Shown here in pieces: positions 1-14,325 of a stretch of DNA of 64,000 bases. This DNA comes from Octopus vulgaris (taxonomy: Eukaryota): the NCBI GenBank assembly GCA_951406725.2, contig OX597823.1, positions 38,316,001 through 38,380,000 on the forward strand, in the 5' to 3' direction. The position numbers and the translations under genes are program-made. Under the pieces are notes generated by a model. It did no database searches. It was not told the DNA's origin and was given only the letters and a program-made list of their open reading frames with translations. Positions within the stretch are counted from its first letter, which is position 1. Each line of letters starts with the position of its first letter.

Positions 1-157
1 TCAAGCACCAGATTATCCTCACAATTTTGACTGATTATACTTAAGATTGCTCCAATCTGGCCAGCTCCAAGGAAAAACTAAGCTAAAGAGCATTAGATTC
101 CTTGGAAGAAAGCAGCAAATGTATACAAAAACAAGGATGGAAAGAAAAGGGTGGGAA

Positions 158-1352
158 ACATGACAGAAATAAATCACTATAAAGTAAATCATCACGATGT
201 TTATTTTAACTTGTAAAGGTTAATATTTTTTATTGATTGACATTTTAAAGTTTCAGGTTCTATGTGTAACTGTTTAATCATGCCATGAACAAAAGAAGCC
301 TTGGAACCGACTGAATTTCAAAGAGGCCGTATTGTGGGTCATTCTGAAGGTGGACTTAGTGTAAAATTGCAGAAAACCTTCAGATTCTGCTTTCTACAGT
401 TAATTGTGATTGTGCAATTCACTAGAGAAGGGAAGGAGTTCACATTACTTTGCTCAGGTTGACCAAGGTCCTCTGACAGGACCCTTCACTTTGTTAAGAG
501 TAATGTGGAGGATATTCCTTATTGCAAGGCCTCTGGCATAGCAGAACAAGTTGATGTCAGTCCCAGAACAGCTGTCAGGTATCTCCACAAACATGGCTAC
601 TATGGCAGAGCAACAAGAAGGAAGCGACTTCTTCAACTAACCAAAATCAAGTAGAGAAAAGATTTGGCCAGTGAGATGGTGGAGAAGCCACTAGCATTTT
701 GGGACACTCATATTCTCTGATGAGTCCAGATTTGCTATATTTTCTGATAGTGGTTGAGTATGGGTCTGGAGATTCTGTGATCAAGAATTTGATGTGAAAA
801 GATTGTAGCCAACAATGAAACACCGGTGGCTATTTTGTGATAGGATGGGGAGCAATTTGGAGTAATGATCAATCAGAGCTGGTGGAGTCTGAGGGAAACA
901 GACAAATGTGTACATATTACAGAAAGGACTCCTTCCAATCTTCTCCAGTAGTGAAATGATTAAAGAAGACTCTTTATTTATGGAATATGGGGTCCTTGTT
1001 ACATGGCTAAAAAGACCAAGCTTCCATGGCCAAGCCTGTCATCAGATATGAACACTATTGTGCACCTCTGAGGCATAATGGACAGGAACTTTGTAAAAAG
1101 AACATAAAAGCATCCTCAAAGTCAGATCTTTTGAGATTACTGAATGAAACTTGGTAAGAAATTCCTCAAGAGAATATTCATCAATTGATCAGTATTATGC
1201 CTAATAGGGTCCTTGCATAGAAAAATATCAAGAGCATATCTACTAAATATTAGATATTCACATTATAATAATATATTAATAATTTTAATGTATAATTTCA
1301 GATTTAAATACATTTTAACGATTATAAGGGTGTCTACTTACTTCTGTCATGT
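158..1352 (+). mobile_element. Degenerate Tc1-family DNA transposon with transposase pseudogene (~280-1250)
   Basis: Disrupted translation gives 'TEFQRGRIVG' (N-terminal HTH), 'FSDESRF' (first catalytic D) and 'LPWPSLSSDMNTIVHL' (WPxxSPDLNPIEHLW-like). TIR remnants: catgacagaa at ~159 and ttctgtcatg at ~1342-1351. Confidence 0.85.
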
Positions 1353-1437
1353 GTGTGTGTGTGTGTGTATGAATATATGTATAGAAATGTGTTTGCAAAA
1401 GGAGGAAAAAATGTACTCATACTACGTGTATGAATCG

Positions 1438-1477
<40 letters not shown>

Positions 1478-1756
1478 GTCTATCTATTTAGCTAGCTATA
1501 TTTAATTTATATTTATATGTATATATTTGTAGAAACAAGTGCATGAATGTATGTGTATAGACAGACAGACAGACATAGATAAATTGACAACAAGTGGCAT
1601 CGAAATTGTGAAAAGGTTTCTAAGTAATGATATGGAGAGAGAGAGAGAGAATTTTTCCCCTTTATATTGACCATATGAAACATAAACAACCCAAATCACT
1701 GATTTGGCGTATTTTTATTACCTCGGCCATTCCTCAATAGGAAATGTTAAAGGTTG

Positions 1757-1801
<45 letters not shown>

Positions 1802-2208
1802 GTGTGTCAGCCCTTGTGGCCAATAAAAAGAATTAATTATTATTATTACTACTACATTCACCTGTAGCTTTCTTCCTACTTGTCCTTCAAGTTTATTTAT
1901 ATACACCCTGTTATTTCAACTGTGTTATTTCACCCACGCAATTTTATTCCAAGTTGTCAATCAGGACATTAGACAAAAATGTGTTGTGTATGTGTATGTT
2001 ACTGTGTGACGCCTTTTCAAAATGTGGATTTTAAAAAAGTGCTGTTTGTTTTCCAAATATTTCTTGATGTTAGGCTAATTTAAAATTATTACATTATTTA
2101 ACTCGGTGATATATTCATTTCCTATTTATTGAATGTTAAATGAATACTTTTGGTTAAGTCCAGAAATTCTAAAGAAAGGGAAAATAATTCTTTTTGTGAG
2201 AATTATAC

Positions 2209-2290
<82 letters not shown>

Positions 2291-3384
2291 ACGAGAGAGT
2301 ATCATTTCATTCATTCCGTTTAGATTTAACCGAAGGAATTGGGACGGACTTACCAAGGAATGGTAATAGATTAGCTGAAATGAAAGAGTTAATAAAGAAG
2401 AAAGACGAATAAGAGAATATACGAGCAGAAATATTAAAAAGAGAGATAAAAATTCTGAAGCGGTGTTGAGATGATTTCATAGAACGAAACATTTATTAGT
2501 ATTGTTATCATTACGGGGCGGCAAACTGACAAAAGCGGCAGAGCATCGGTCTAAATGTTTAGCTTTAATTAGTTCGGTTCCTCTGCATACTGAAATCCCA
2601 GTACCAGTCATGTACTAGGCTTTATTTTAATCCCTTGCAATTTTTTGACCAAGAGCCTATGTTAAGAATTATTAATATCTATTATACTATTATTAGCTAT
2701 AACGATGACGGAATGGTAGTAGTATTAAAACATCGCCAGAAATGGTATATACATACATACATATAGATGCATATATGTACACACATACGTACGTGTGTGT
2801 GTATGAAGAAATGTGGAGAAGCATTGTCGGAAAAAAAGGCGTAGTAAATAATCGAAGGAAAGATTTGTATGAAGTGTTGTGTAAAAAGAGGATGAGGACG
2901 GCAAGGTATGAATGTTTATAAAGAGTGGTGAAGAGGGAAAGGAAGAAACACTGAAAGAAAAGAGAAAGACGAAAGAGCGAGAGAGAGAAATAGAAAGAAA
3001 GAAAGAATGAGTGTTAGAATGAGAGAAAAGGGAGTGTCAGGTGAAGATAACATAGTGAAGGACAATGTATTATAGTTAGAGAGAGAATGAGAGAGTGAGA
3101 TATATATATATATATATACATAGAGATAAATAAAAAGAAATAAAGAAAAAAGATAGACTAAAGTGACTGAGCAGTGGAAAGAAAGAAAATAAAAGAGAAC
3201 AAGTGTTACAATGAGGGAAAAGGAGTGTCAAGCGAGGATAATAGAGAGAAGGACGGTGTATGGTAGCTAAAGAGAGTGAGATAGATACATACATAAAAAG
3301 ACAAAGAGAGGAAGAGAGAGAGGGAGATTGAGGAAGGTTAGCAGAGGCTGCGAGATGCAGGCACTATTATTATTGCATGTAGTC

Positions 3385-3734
3385 AGCGAGTGTTGTTTGC
3401 AACACCGTTGGGCTTAAAAGTAGCCAGGCTCTTGGAGATAAACGCATCTTTTACAGTTAGATCACTTAATTAAGGAATTTTTACACGGTTCGATGTTGGT
3501 ACATATGAAATTCTCCCTAAAATCTTGCCTGGTCTCACTGTCCGGCTTTTAATATGAGACATTAACATGGCGACTTCTCTTTATAACTGCAGACGACACG
3601 ACTTTTCAGTGAATTTGACCGGTATTTAAACGGTCATTTTTGCTTTTTTTGGGAAAAAAAAACAAAACATGCTTTCGATTATGGATAAATATACACAATA
3701 TCGAGATATTATTAAAGTATAATTGATTGGCAAG
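3385..3734 (+). other. Putative non-coding first exon (5' UTR) of the host gene; start approximate
   Basis: Unique CpG-containing sequence after a purine-rich GA tract, with a YY1-like AACATGGCG (3564-3572), several short uORFs, and a donor AAG|GTAGGT at 3734/3735. No ATG-initiated frame stays open through the donor. Confidence 0.5.
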
Positions 3735-4136
3735 GTAGGTTTTAACTGTTTACTCTCGAGTATTTCGGTTTGACCACACTTGGTTTCATTTCAACACTGT
3801 TTATTTAATAATGGATCATTTATTGATCTTCATTTCTCTCCAAAAAAAAAAAGAAATAATAATAATAATAATAATCATAATAATAATAAGTGTAAATATA
3901 TAATCATTATTAATGAAATGTATGCTTTGGCGTGTTGCAGAAATTCTTATTCACATGTACCATACTTATTAATTTCATTACGAAATTCTCTGTATTTATT
4001 TATTTATCTCTTATAAATGCTCAACTTGTAAAAAAATATTCTGTAAAAACGCACCGAAGAAATACAGAATTAATGAAACCAGCATCGCAATCTGTTTATA
4101 TTAACGTATACTGCTGCATTATTATTTTCGCTGAAC

Positions 4137-4139
<3 letters not shown>

Positions 4140-4171
<32 letters not shown>

Positions 4172-4503
4172 TATATATATATATATATATACATACACAC
4201 ACACATATAATATATGTGTGTGTGTGTGTGCATGTGTGTATTTATATATATATATAGATGCACACATACACACATATAATATATGTGTGTGTGTATGTGT
4301 GCATGTGTATGTATATATATATACATGCACACATACACACACACACACATATATTATATGTGTGTGTGCGTGTGTGTTGGTTGTAGTGGCTGGTGTTTAC
4401 GTTAATGTTGGCAATCCTTACTGGTAATTGCTTCGGTTTTCTTCGTCGCCACCTCTAGATGCACACATACACACATATAATATATGTGTGTGTGTATGTG
4501 TGC

Positions 4504-4541
<38 letters not shown>

Positions 4542-4762
4542 GCACACATACACACATATAATATATGTGTGTGTGTGTGTATGTGTGCATGTGTATGTAT
4601 ATATATATATATGCACACATACACACTTATAATATATGTGTGTGTGTGTGTGCGTGCGTGTGTATGTGTGTGTGCGTGTGTGTTGGTTGTAGTGGCTGGT
4701 GTTTACGTTAATGTTGGCAATCCTTACTGGTAATTGCTTCGGTTTTCTTCGTCGCCACCTCT
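4140..4762. repeat. Compound (TA)/(CA)/(TG) microsatellite with a tandemly duplicated unique block
   Basis: gttggttgtagtggctggtgtttacg...cgccacctct occurs identically at ~4376-4456 and ~4682-4762. Confidence 0.9.
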
Positions 4763-4931
4763 CAACAATCAACGAGAAATGAAATATTGATTCCCACTTG
4801 TTAAATTTTTACTTCATTACAAACTTACTTTCCATGTTATTTCATGCCGCAATCGGTTATGTTATCATCATCATCATCATCGTCATCATCATCGCTGATA
4901 TCAATGCTGTCATTATTAACATTTGGTGTTG

Positions 4932-4966
<35 letters not shown>

Positions 4967-5306
4967 GTTGTTGTTAATATTATTATTATTTAGCGCTCGA
5001 CCCTGCTGTTTGCCTTCACTGAAAACTCAAAAGTCGAACCACTTTAGGCATTTATTATCTCCGTCCCTCCCTCTCTCTTTCTCTCTTCCCCTCGAATACA
5101 TACATACATACAATTATTTGTAGGATTCATTTGAATCAATGTATTTTAACATCCAGGACACCAACCAAGCGAGGGTCGAGCTCGGTACATACGTGTACAT
5201 ATGCAGACACATTCGTATATACCCGTGTACACACACACACACACACACACAATGTATGTACGTGTATGCATGCAGAATGTGAATGCGTGTACATTTTTTT
5301 ATCATA

Positions 5307-5402
<96 letters not shown>

Positions 5403-6135
5403 AATACAGGATATATGACATTAAGGGCTTAGGCGGGTTTTCGGGGAGCAAGTGCGACAACTACTTGTATTATTTGCCGAGAAACGTGTACGACTCTTAC
5501 AATAAATAAAGGTTTTGAATTAATTACTGATACCATTCATATATATATATACGTACACACACGCACACACTAATTAATATACAATCGTATGCACACAGAC
5601 AGGTGCTTTCTAGATGTATTTCCTTCTTTTAACCATTAAACGCATTCTTATAATCATTTAAAACACTGTTGTTTCTGGATTTCTCTGCTGTTTTGCTTCA
5701 ATAATTATAAAATCTTCCGCACTATGCTATAACGATCTGTTCCACCAACTAACCCCATACCCCCTTCTCCAGAATAGATTAAATCGCAGCTCCTTCCCAC
5801 TTCATCTCGTTTATGCTTATTAAACTGAATAAGCAATTTTGCTTTCGGGCTTTTAAACAATTGTTTTAGGAAAACAATTTTAATTTTTTTTTTTTTACCG
5901 CTTGTAGCCATTCAATTTCAGGATATTTTAACCCCATGATCATCAATATCCTAGAATATATTGTCTATCAAAGATTTTACTTTGTGCTTGGACAGTATTA
6001 TTTTATATAATGTATGTATTACGCTAGAAAGCATAACAAGACAAGCATTTTTATATATTATATATATATATATATATATAAACATATATAAATTTAGCAT
6101 AAGGGCATACAAGACGTCTACCTGTTAGAAAGAGG

Positions 6136-6195
<60 letters not shown>

Positions 6196-8529
6196 AAGAG
6201 AGAGAGAGTTAGATATATACATATAGCTAGATGACTAAATTAACTAAATAAATAGATACATAGATTGTGTGTGAGTGTGATTTCTTAGCAAATGCAACCA
6301 CCCCTTTGGTCAATTATAATATGCCTAGAAACATGCGTGTGTATATAGTAATATAGATTTAGGTGTACTTAGTTATATAGCAAACTGAGTCGGAAAATAA
6401 CAACCCAGTAAAGATAACGCAACAAATAACCAACCAACCAACCAACCAACCCTTTACCCTGTTCAATGCTAACGTGTGAATCATTCATCTGTAAGAGATA
6501 TAGAATTTCCTACTGCAACCACGACTGTCAGAGAGTCCGATCTTCTTTCGCTTTAACAGTACATTCTAACCCATCTGAAACTCACTACTGTTGTCTTCTT
6601 TCAAAGCGCTCATCACTACACAGCTGATAAAACACTATCTCCTGCTCCACGATTTTATAGTACTAAAATCACTAGAGATCATATTTGTGAAAACTGGGTA
6701 CTTTCTTTCTGTGACAAGCACCACAACCAATGCTTTGACACATTTGTGCAGAGTTAGTGTATCTATTATTTCTTTGAATGCTTAAAGAATGTGACATGAA
6801 ACAGATTTTAAAAGTCTTTTACTCAATGAATGTTATGATTCTGCATTCTTTTAATAATTGATATATCATGTGATGGACGAGTGCTGTTCCTTACTGATTT
6901 GTAGCATTATTTCTTGAATAAAGTCTCTGCTATACAGATGTCATGTTGTTACTTCTTATGACAGTTTATTGGATAAATCAAATGTAGACAATTTTGCATT
7001 CAGAAAGATTCAAAGCATTTTCTTGTTAATATTCTGAAAGAACTCAAGGAAGAAAAAGACCCCATAACATTCAAAACAGAACCAGGAAAAATTCTTCCAA
7101 GAAATACCAAATAACTCATCACACTGCCACCTGGAGACATTTTAGTAAACAACAACTCCCTACACGAGTGGGCTATGATGTCCTAAAATATGACTTAAAA
7201 AAAACTATGCCAGATGGGGCTATTAAGTTACCTGCATATTTCTGACTAATGGACTACACACCTTAGTAAACATTATATCACATGAAACATTTAAATTTGT
7301 CACAGATTGTGGTAATTATGAGAAGTGATAAATTGCCTAAATGGTATCTATATCTAATTAATGAACAAATTTTTTTTTGTTTTGCAAGATCTCAGTTCTT
7401 AACTCAAAAACAACAGTAAACTGAATCTGTATTAATTTCTTCAAATCTTAAAACTATAGTATAAAAAAAAAATACAATCCCAAGATAGAGTTATTGAGAA
7501 CAATCTCAGTATTTGACTGGTACTTTATTTTATTGATTCCAAAAGACGACTTAGTTAATCTCAGTGGTATTTGAACTCAAAACGTAAAGAGTTGGAACAA
7601 ATACTACTTAGCATTTTTACTCATGCACTAACAATTCTGCCGACAAGTAAAAGACTTGGACTATTTGAAAATAGAATGCTAATCTTAGAAATAGTAGTAT
7701 CACCAGCCAGAGCATTAGACATAACTCTAAAGAATTCTTGCATTTATTATCAGGATATCCCTGTAAATACTATTGCTGTCATAAATGACAACAACAATGA
7801 AGCTATTTCAGTAGCTGCTTCTCACAAGTGTTTCTTTCTCAATAGGGAATAATATACATGGCTAGAAAATGTCTAGTGGAGATACCTTATGTCACAAGTG
7901 TGGGAATAATGATAATTTTTCTGTAACTCTTTAATTTATAGGTTTTCTGATTTATTGAAACATTTTCTGTGTTATGAGTGCTTTAATAATGTAATTAATA
8001 AATCAGTCACTGTAAGCTCATAGCACTGATAACTTCTCAACCAAAACTGATATTTCTAAGTGAAATGGTTTAGTCTTTAAACTATTCAGAGGCAACATCA
8101 TGATGACATCAACTCAGTATAGTTCCATAATACAGGACACACAGTTTATTGAAATATTGTACAAACAGCAATCACTCTTTGAATACATCTGCTCAGATAT
8201 CATACTTGAACAGTATTTCATTTCATAGCATTTAATGGTTCTGAAAATTCCACATGTTGTACTCTTCATTAATTTGACTATATTTACTTCTACTCAAAGA
8301 TTGTAATAAGAAAAGAAGCAAACTACCTAATCAAAGGCATCATGGAGAGCTTGGATTGTTGTAATAAAGAAAATGAAAACCATAAATTATGCTTTTTCAT
8401 TGATTCTCAACCACTGTCAACATTCTTCCTTCATGCTTTTATAGTACCTGTGATTGAATAGTTAATACATTATATTGCATCCCATCTTGGGCAGTTCTAT
8501 TGCTGCTGCTGCACATACAGACATCTCAG

Positions 8530-8760
8530 ACCACATGCAGAAAAGACACTCCATCTAACCTGTGACCCATGGCTGCATTGTCTCCTTTCTCTATCTTTTC
8601 TACCTCTACTATAATGGCTTCTGCTCCTCTGAACTGGCTAGGTGCATGCCACATCCACTCAGGCATTCTTGATCCACTCTTCTCTCTTCCCCTCATCATT
8701 TTTGTTGTGTCCAATCCCCTAGGTCCCACACTCAGTTCTTTCTTTCTAGAGCATCAGCCT
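8530..8760 (+). mobile_element. Old non-LTR retrotransposon (CR1/L2-group) ORF2 C-terminal remnant
   Basis: Degenerate match to the LINE C-terminal 'LxHRRxVASLSIFYxYYxGxCSSELA' motif (ctctactataatggcttctgctcctctgaactggct). A related sequence lies at ~28500-28600. Confidence 0.45.
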
Positions 8761-11099
8761 CAGGAACTCCCCATTAGTGGCTCTAGAGGAACATTAATGG
8801 CATTGATCTTGTTAGTCTCAGAGGGCCAGTTAAGGTCATGGGTACTGTCCCTTCTTCCAAATAAAAATGGATGATCCTGACAAAAATCTATGTGCATTTC
8901 TGTCACATGTCAAAGAATGTGATATAATTTTCTCTAATAAAAAAAATGTGTTCTTTTAGTAATTGGTGTATCACTTGATAGGCAAATTTTCACCTTTACT
9001 TAAAACAGAAGTTGAGCAGCTGCAGCATTATTCATTGAATAAAGTCTTTGTATGGTTTTGTTTATTGTTACCCCTTATTGCTGTGTATATTGTTTTACCT
9101 ACTCATTTGTCATCATCATCACTGTTACATCTACTTTCCATGCTGGCATGAGTTGGACAGATCATCACAATCTGCATTAGTTCCTGTTCAGAGGGATACT
9201 ACCCTCCATTTCTGGCATGGTTCCTGCCAAATGTCCTTCCTAACACCAACCACTTTACAGAGTATACAGAATGCATTTTAATGTAGTACCAGCACCACTG
9301 AAATTACTTTATGCCTCATGACACTGTTCTATGGTGTTTGTGTTCAGTCAAAGCAATATGTCAAAGAGAGTGAGTATAAGGGCAGGGAGTAGGGATATGA
9401 TGGAGGTGAAACAGGAACAATGATTGGAGTGAAAAAGCGGTAGAGGAAGGTACAATGGAAGAGATGCCATACTGAAACGAGTATGATGGAAGAAACAGTA
9501 AGGTACATTGGATTGGTGAGAGGGTATCAAATAGCAAATGGAGATTTAATAGGGTATGTAGGGCAGTAGGCCCGAGTGTCAGTTGGAGCAGCAGATGAAG
9601 GTTTAACAGGGATATAGTGAATAATAATAGCTCCAAATGTAGATATATATCTCCCAGGTTCATCACTACCATCATTTTAATGGTTTTTAGGCTATGGATG
9701 GGTAGGTCTTCTCCAGCACTGCATGATGTCAATCATCACGATACTTTGTCACCACCTTGTGAGGGTCAGCATCCTGATATCAGTTACTGTATGCTCTTAG
9801 GTCTCAATCTTCTGGTTTCATTAATTTTCAGTGCTTTGTGCTTTAAGGGTCTGTCATCCAACCAAATTCTGTAATAGGTGTGTATTTTGACCTCTCTTAT
9901 AATCTGATATCCAGTAAAATAATAATGACTATCAAATTTCAATGTGAAGTCAAAAACATTACTAATTCTAAATAATTTATGCAGTGGAACATTTTGAAGA
10001 AATAAAAATATAAAAATACTTTCAGTTAATTATTTGTAAGTTTTATAATTAATGATTTATGATTGAAAGTATGATGCTATCTACTTGGAATTATTGTATA
10101 TCTTTAGGACTGAAAAACTTGAGGGAATAGTAAAACATTTCACTATTAAAATTGTTTTATTTAAGTGATTAAGATAATAAAGTATCCTTTCAGTTAATTA
10201 TTATTTACTATATTAATTATGGTTTAAAGTAGGATTAAAGAACTTAACTTATTTTGGATATCACATGTGTAAACTATGTCATCATATTCTGTATCAGTTT
10301 TATACAGTATGACAGTCCTCTCTCTCATACAAGTCTACAATTGTAAACCTCCATGTTAAAGTTTGAAGGTTCATGATTTTTTTTGGGGAAAGCTACAATA
10401 GTGGTTTCCCATTACTATCTGCCAGTTTATTCTCCTAATCTCTTGCTCTCCCAGGTTTATCTTTGACTCACAGAGCCTATTTAATTAAATATCAGTTGGA
10501 CTGTTTCATGTAACCTCAGTACATGTCCACATACCAATGAGCCTGTGTGACACAAGTCTAAGGGATAGCCCTCCTTCCCGTCTTATGTTTTAGCCATAGG
10601 ATCATTTGCTGTTTGACCCAAAACTGGGGCCCTTGATGGATACTGCCACCATCCTGGACAAGAGTGGACCTGGGAATTGTGGTGTCTAAGGAGTTACTCC
10701 TTACTCCCTCAAACTTCTAAAATTTTGAGCTAGAGTTTCCCTACCAGATGCATTTTAATATCTTACCTGGGACTATTGCAGTTCATATATACTAAATATT
10801 CAACATTTTGTACTGGCACACTTCAGCTAGTCTGCAGTGTCTCATTCCCAGATCTTTGCATTCATTGTTCCATTTTTTAGGTTCCACATCTTTACATCAT
10901 TTCTGATTCCTTTGCCTCAAATTCTCTATTTGCAACCCTTGCATTGTTGCCATCTGTTATCATTTTACTTCATTCCATTCTTATCATATGTCCATATTTA
11001 TACTGCTATCTTATTTTGGCATAAACCAATCCCTCAAATGTTCTATTGCTTTTTTTTCTGTTTTTCACTGTAAAAGTGGCAAGTATATTACTTGGTCAG

Positions 11100-12420
11100 T
11101 AAATCAGATTTAAACAATATTTTTCAATATATTGCAGGACTTTGCTACCCATATCTTACTGCCCTATAGTGTCATTGTTTGGAGCAGTTGTCATATAGTT
11201 CACTTTTTGAAATGAAAGCAATGATTCAATATTATCTCTTGCATTTTTCTTTTTAGACACAAGTTTTCCCTTGTTATATTATTACTTACTCTATTCTGGC
11301 ACTAATTGGGTTGTTTAGATAACAAAACTTTACTACATCCAATAGCTTATAACCTTACTACTTGCACTAATGCCTAAGGTGCACTTCATATTGATTTTCT
11401 TTTATCTATCAGTGCATCTATTGTACATGTTTTCACTGCTAACAGAGTAAAGTTGAGTTTGTTGTATCCATAAGTGATAGTAATAAATGGAATAACTGTT
11501 GTCTGGATACTGCTTGACTATACAGGTTTCTTATTGTTAACCTGTATATTCATCTTGGCCATCTTCATCATGATCTTTTCTAGATTTCAAATGGATTGAT
11601 AGTGCAATGGAAGCATAGATGTTATAAGATTGAATAGTCAATCCCTTAGACAAATTGGAGCTAAGATACTCTGAGCATGTTGCCAATTTTGACCTTACTA
11701 CAAACAACATTTGAACAGCAATCAGCAATTTCTTAATTTGTAGCATTCTTATTTTGTACATGTTGAAACCCAATTAGTTCAGCAAATGAAATATATAGTC
11801 AATTAATTTTGTCATCAGAAATTCTTTCTGCAGTTTTCTTTCCAGTGGTCTATGGTTCTCAGCTGATACAAACTTCATGCTATCCGTTTTAAGTATTGTG
11901 TTAGTCTCATTATGATTTGACTCCATTCATATATGGGTCTATCAATTCAAGTTCTTTGCAATACTTCCTCTTTATTTTCAATAACTATTCTTGGTTTTAC
12001 AGTAATTAACATAATGTTACCAAATAACACCTTCATGAATCATGCGATTAGTTAAACAAGCAATTGGGTTTGTTTTTACAGTGTGCTGCTAACACTTCGC
12101 TGATTTCCATAGTTTCGGTAGATAAGGTAGTTTTGTGACATTCGTCTTTGTTAAAATCACTGACTACATGTAATGACATTTAAATGTTATTTTTGTTTGC
12201 TTTTGCTATTAAGTGCTATTGCTTCTGTATAAACAAATACATTCTACTCTTTTGTGACGGATGCCAGGATTTTGCTCCTTTACACTACCGTCTTAATATA
12301 TCTTACATCTTTATACCTAATGTCTCTGAAACACATACCTTTCTGCTTTTGTCTTTGGCAAAGCTTCTATTGAAATATATTTTGCTGCTACTTCTCTCTC
12401 TTTTTTTCGTTCATTCATGT
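11100..12420 (-). mobile_element. Highly decayed CR1-like RT remnant
   Basis: Minus-strand fragments resemble 'E.LM.KL.DY....L.....GF' and 'IYLDF.KA.D' (ORF 11537-11773 'SIHLKSRKDHD'). Confidence 0.35.
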
Positions 12421-12654
12421 TTCAAGACTTGATTCGTTTAAATTTTGCTTTCTTTCCTAATGAAAAAGAAAGCAAAACTTTTATTTTTCTTGTTGCTAAG
12501 AGATTAAGTTGTTCGGTTTTCTTAGTCTACAAGGTTTTTAAGTTCAAGCTATTAGACATTAATTGTGTATCAAGTCCATGATTATTAATTTTTTTACCAT
12601 TTTTGTGGAAATATTTGCAGGGCCGACCAATGTCTTGTAAATGAATTTGATAGG

Positions 12655-12890
12655 TAGAAACTGTGTAGAAGTCCATCATGTGTACGTATTTGTATATGTC
12701 TTTCTGTCTGTTCACTATCTTCTGCTGCCACTTGACAACCACTTTTGGTTTGTTTACATCACTGTGACTTAGTGGTTTGGCAAAAGAGACTGATAGAATA
12801 AGTACCAGTCTTAAAAAACAAATACTGGAGTTGATTTTACCCTACTATGACTATAGTCCAATGACTGAAACAAATAAAAGATAAGAGATC
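12655..12890 (+). mobile_element. SINE fragment
   Basis: Contains ttggtttgtttacatc...gacttagtggtttggcaaaagagactgatagaataagtaccag and ends ...gactgaaacaaataaaagataaga, a typical SINE body and tail. Confidence 0.6.
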
Positions 12891-14325
12891 AATCAACATT
12901 GACAAATGACTCGTTAGCATTAGGCTGTATAAACATCTGGTTCTAGAATTCCTTTACAGATTTTGTGCTCTAAGAGACATTAAATTGAAAATGAAAATAG
13001 TTTTAATGAAAAATTGTTGAAGATATACTGAAATCTGAAACCATAGAAAATTCTGTCATTAACCGTTTAGCATTCAGATTACTCTGTCAAATGTAATGCA
13101 TGTTTACTAACACTGTTTTGAATGTAATCATGCATATTGCATAACTTCAATATTTTGAAGATGTGATTGTTTAATTTTAGATTCACATTCTAGGATCAGT
13201 GAGAGAAGCCAGATCTCATCAGTTTGAACATAAAACAGGTGGAATATTTGGGCCAGATATTGCCAGTTTAAATGCTTAAAAGGTTAATTCTAATTTACTA
13301 TTCCAAGAATCCTTTCTCAGTGTAGTTATTGTTGTTAACTCTACTGATTTGTTATTATTTTTCATTTATGATACATTTCAAATTTTTATTTGATCAATTT
13401 TAGTTTCAGTTGAATTTTACAAACATATTTTATGACATAGATCTAAATATATACTAAATATTTTTCATATTAATATATAAATATTTGGTATATAAATATA
13501 CTAAATATTATTAATATTTATTTCTAACAAGGACACACATTTTTAGTGGGGGTATTGTCAATTAGATTGATCAAAGTACTTGATAGGCATTTTATTTTGT
13601 TGATGTTACAATGATGAAAAGCAAAGTCAACCACAATGGGATTTCAACTCAAAATATAAAGAGTGAAAATATAAATGCCATGAAACATTTTGACTGATGC
13701 TCAACTCAGAATGCAATGTTGGCAGTAAGTGTCCTGAAACAAGTTCAAATTTTTCTGGGTTGGTAAAATAATAAATAATTTTAATTCAATCATTTGTGAG
13801 CCTACAGAAATTGGCCCTGTACTATGCAAAAAATCTATTATTGCTTATCAATTCAAATTCTGTGGAGTTGACTTTTCATTTTTCTAGGATGTATTAATGT
13901 ATTGCCTCTAACAGATATGAGTCAAAAATACTCTTTTTTTTTAAATAAATCAACTTAATGTCTAGTCAAAACAAATCAAATCTTTTATCTATTACTTGTT
14001 GCAATCACTGGACTGTGACCATGCAGGAACAATTCCTTGAGGGATTGCAGTTGAAAAATTGACCCCAATACTAAATTTCTCTTTTATTCAACCACTAAGT
14101 TATGGGAACATAAACAAATCTATAGTACTGTGGGTGAATTACAAATAGAAACATAAAAATACAAAGATACATGAATAGACAGACATCCATTGAACCACAC
14201 ACACAAACAGATATATATATATATATATATATACATGCACACACACACATACATACAAAAACACATATATTGCTATATATATATATATATAAATATGTAC
14301 ATACATAGCAATATATATATTTCAG

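Larger units (their letters stand above)
1980..6650. promoter_or_regulatory. CpG-retaining (probably unmethylated) promoter domain
   Basis: CG dinucleotides are frequent here but visibly depleted (TG/CA excess) on both sides, except in young TEs. The region contains candidate first exons on both strands. Confidence 0.55.

Noticed and set aside
1-155. Possible repeat fragment at the window start
   Set aside because: Looks like an interspersed repeat but is too short and truncated to classify from sequence alone.
3780-5509. Many overlapping ORFs (YIYI, CVCV, HTHT, LSLS, poly-L, poly-N)
   Set aside because: Translations of stop-poor microsatellites; the same applies to 21052-21351, 34066-34575 and 49994-50185.
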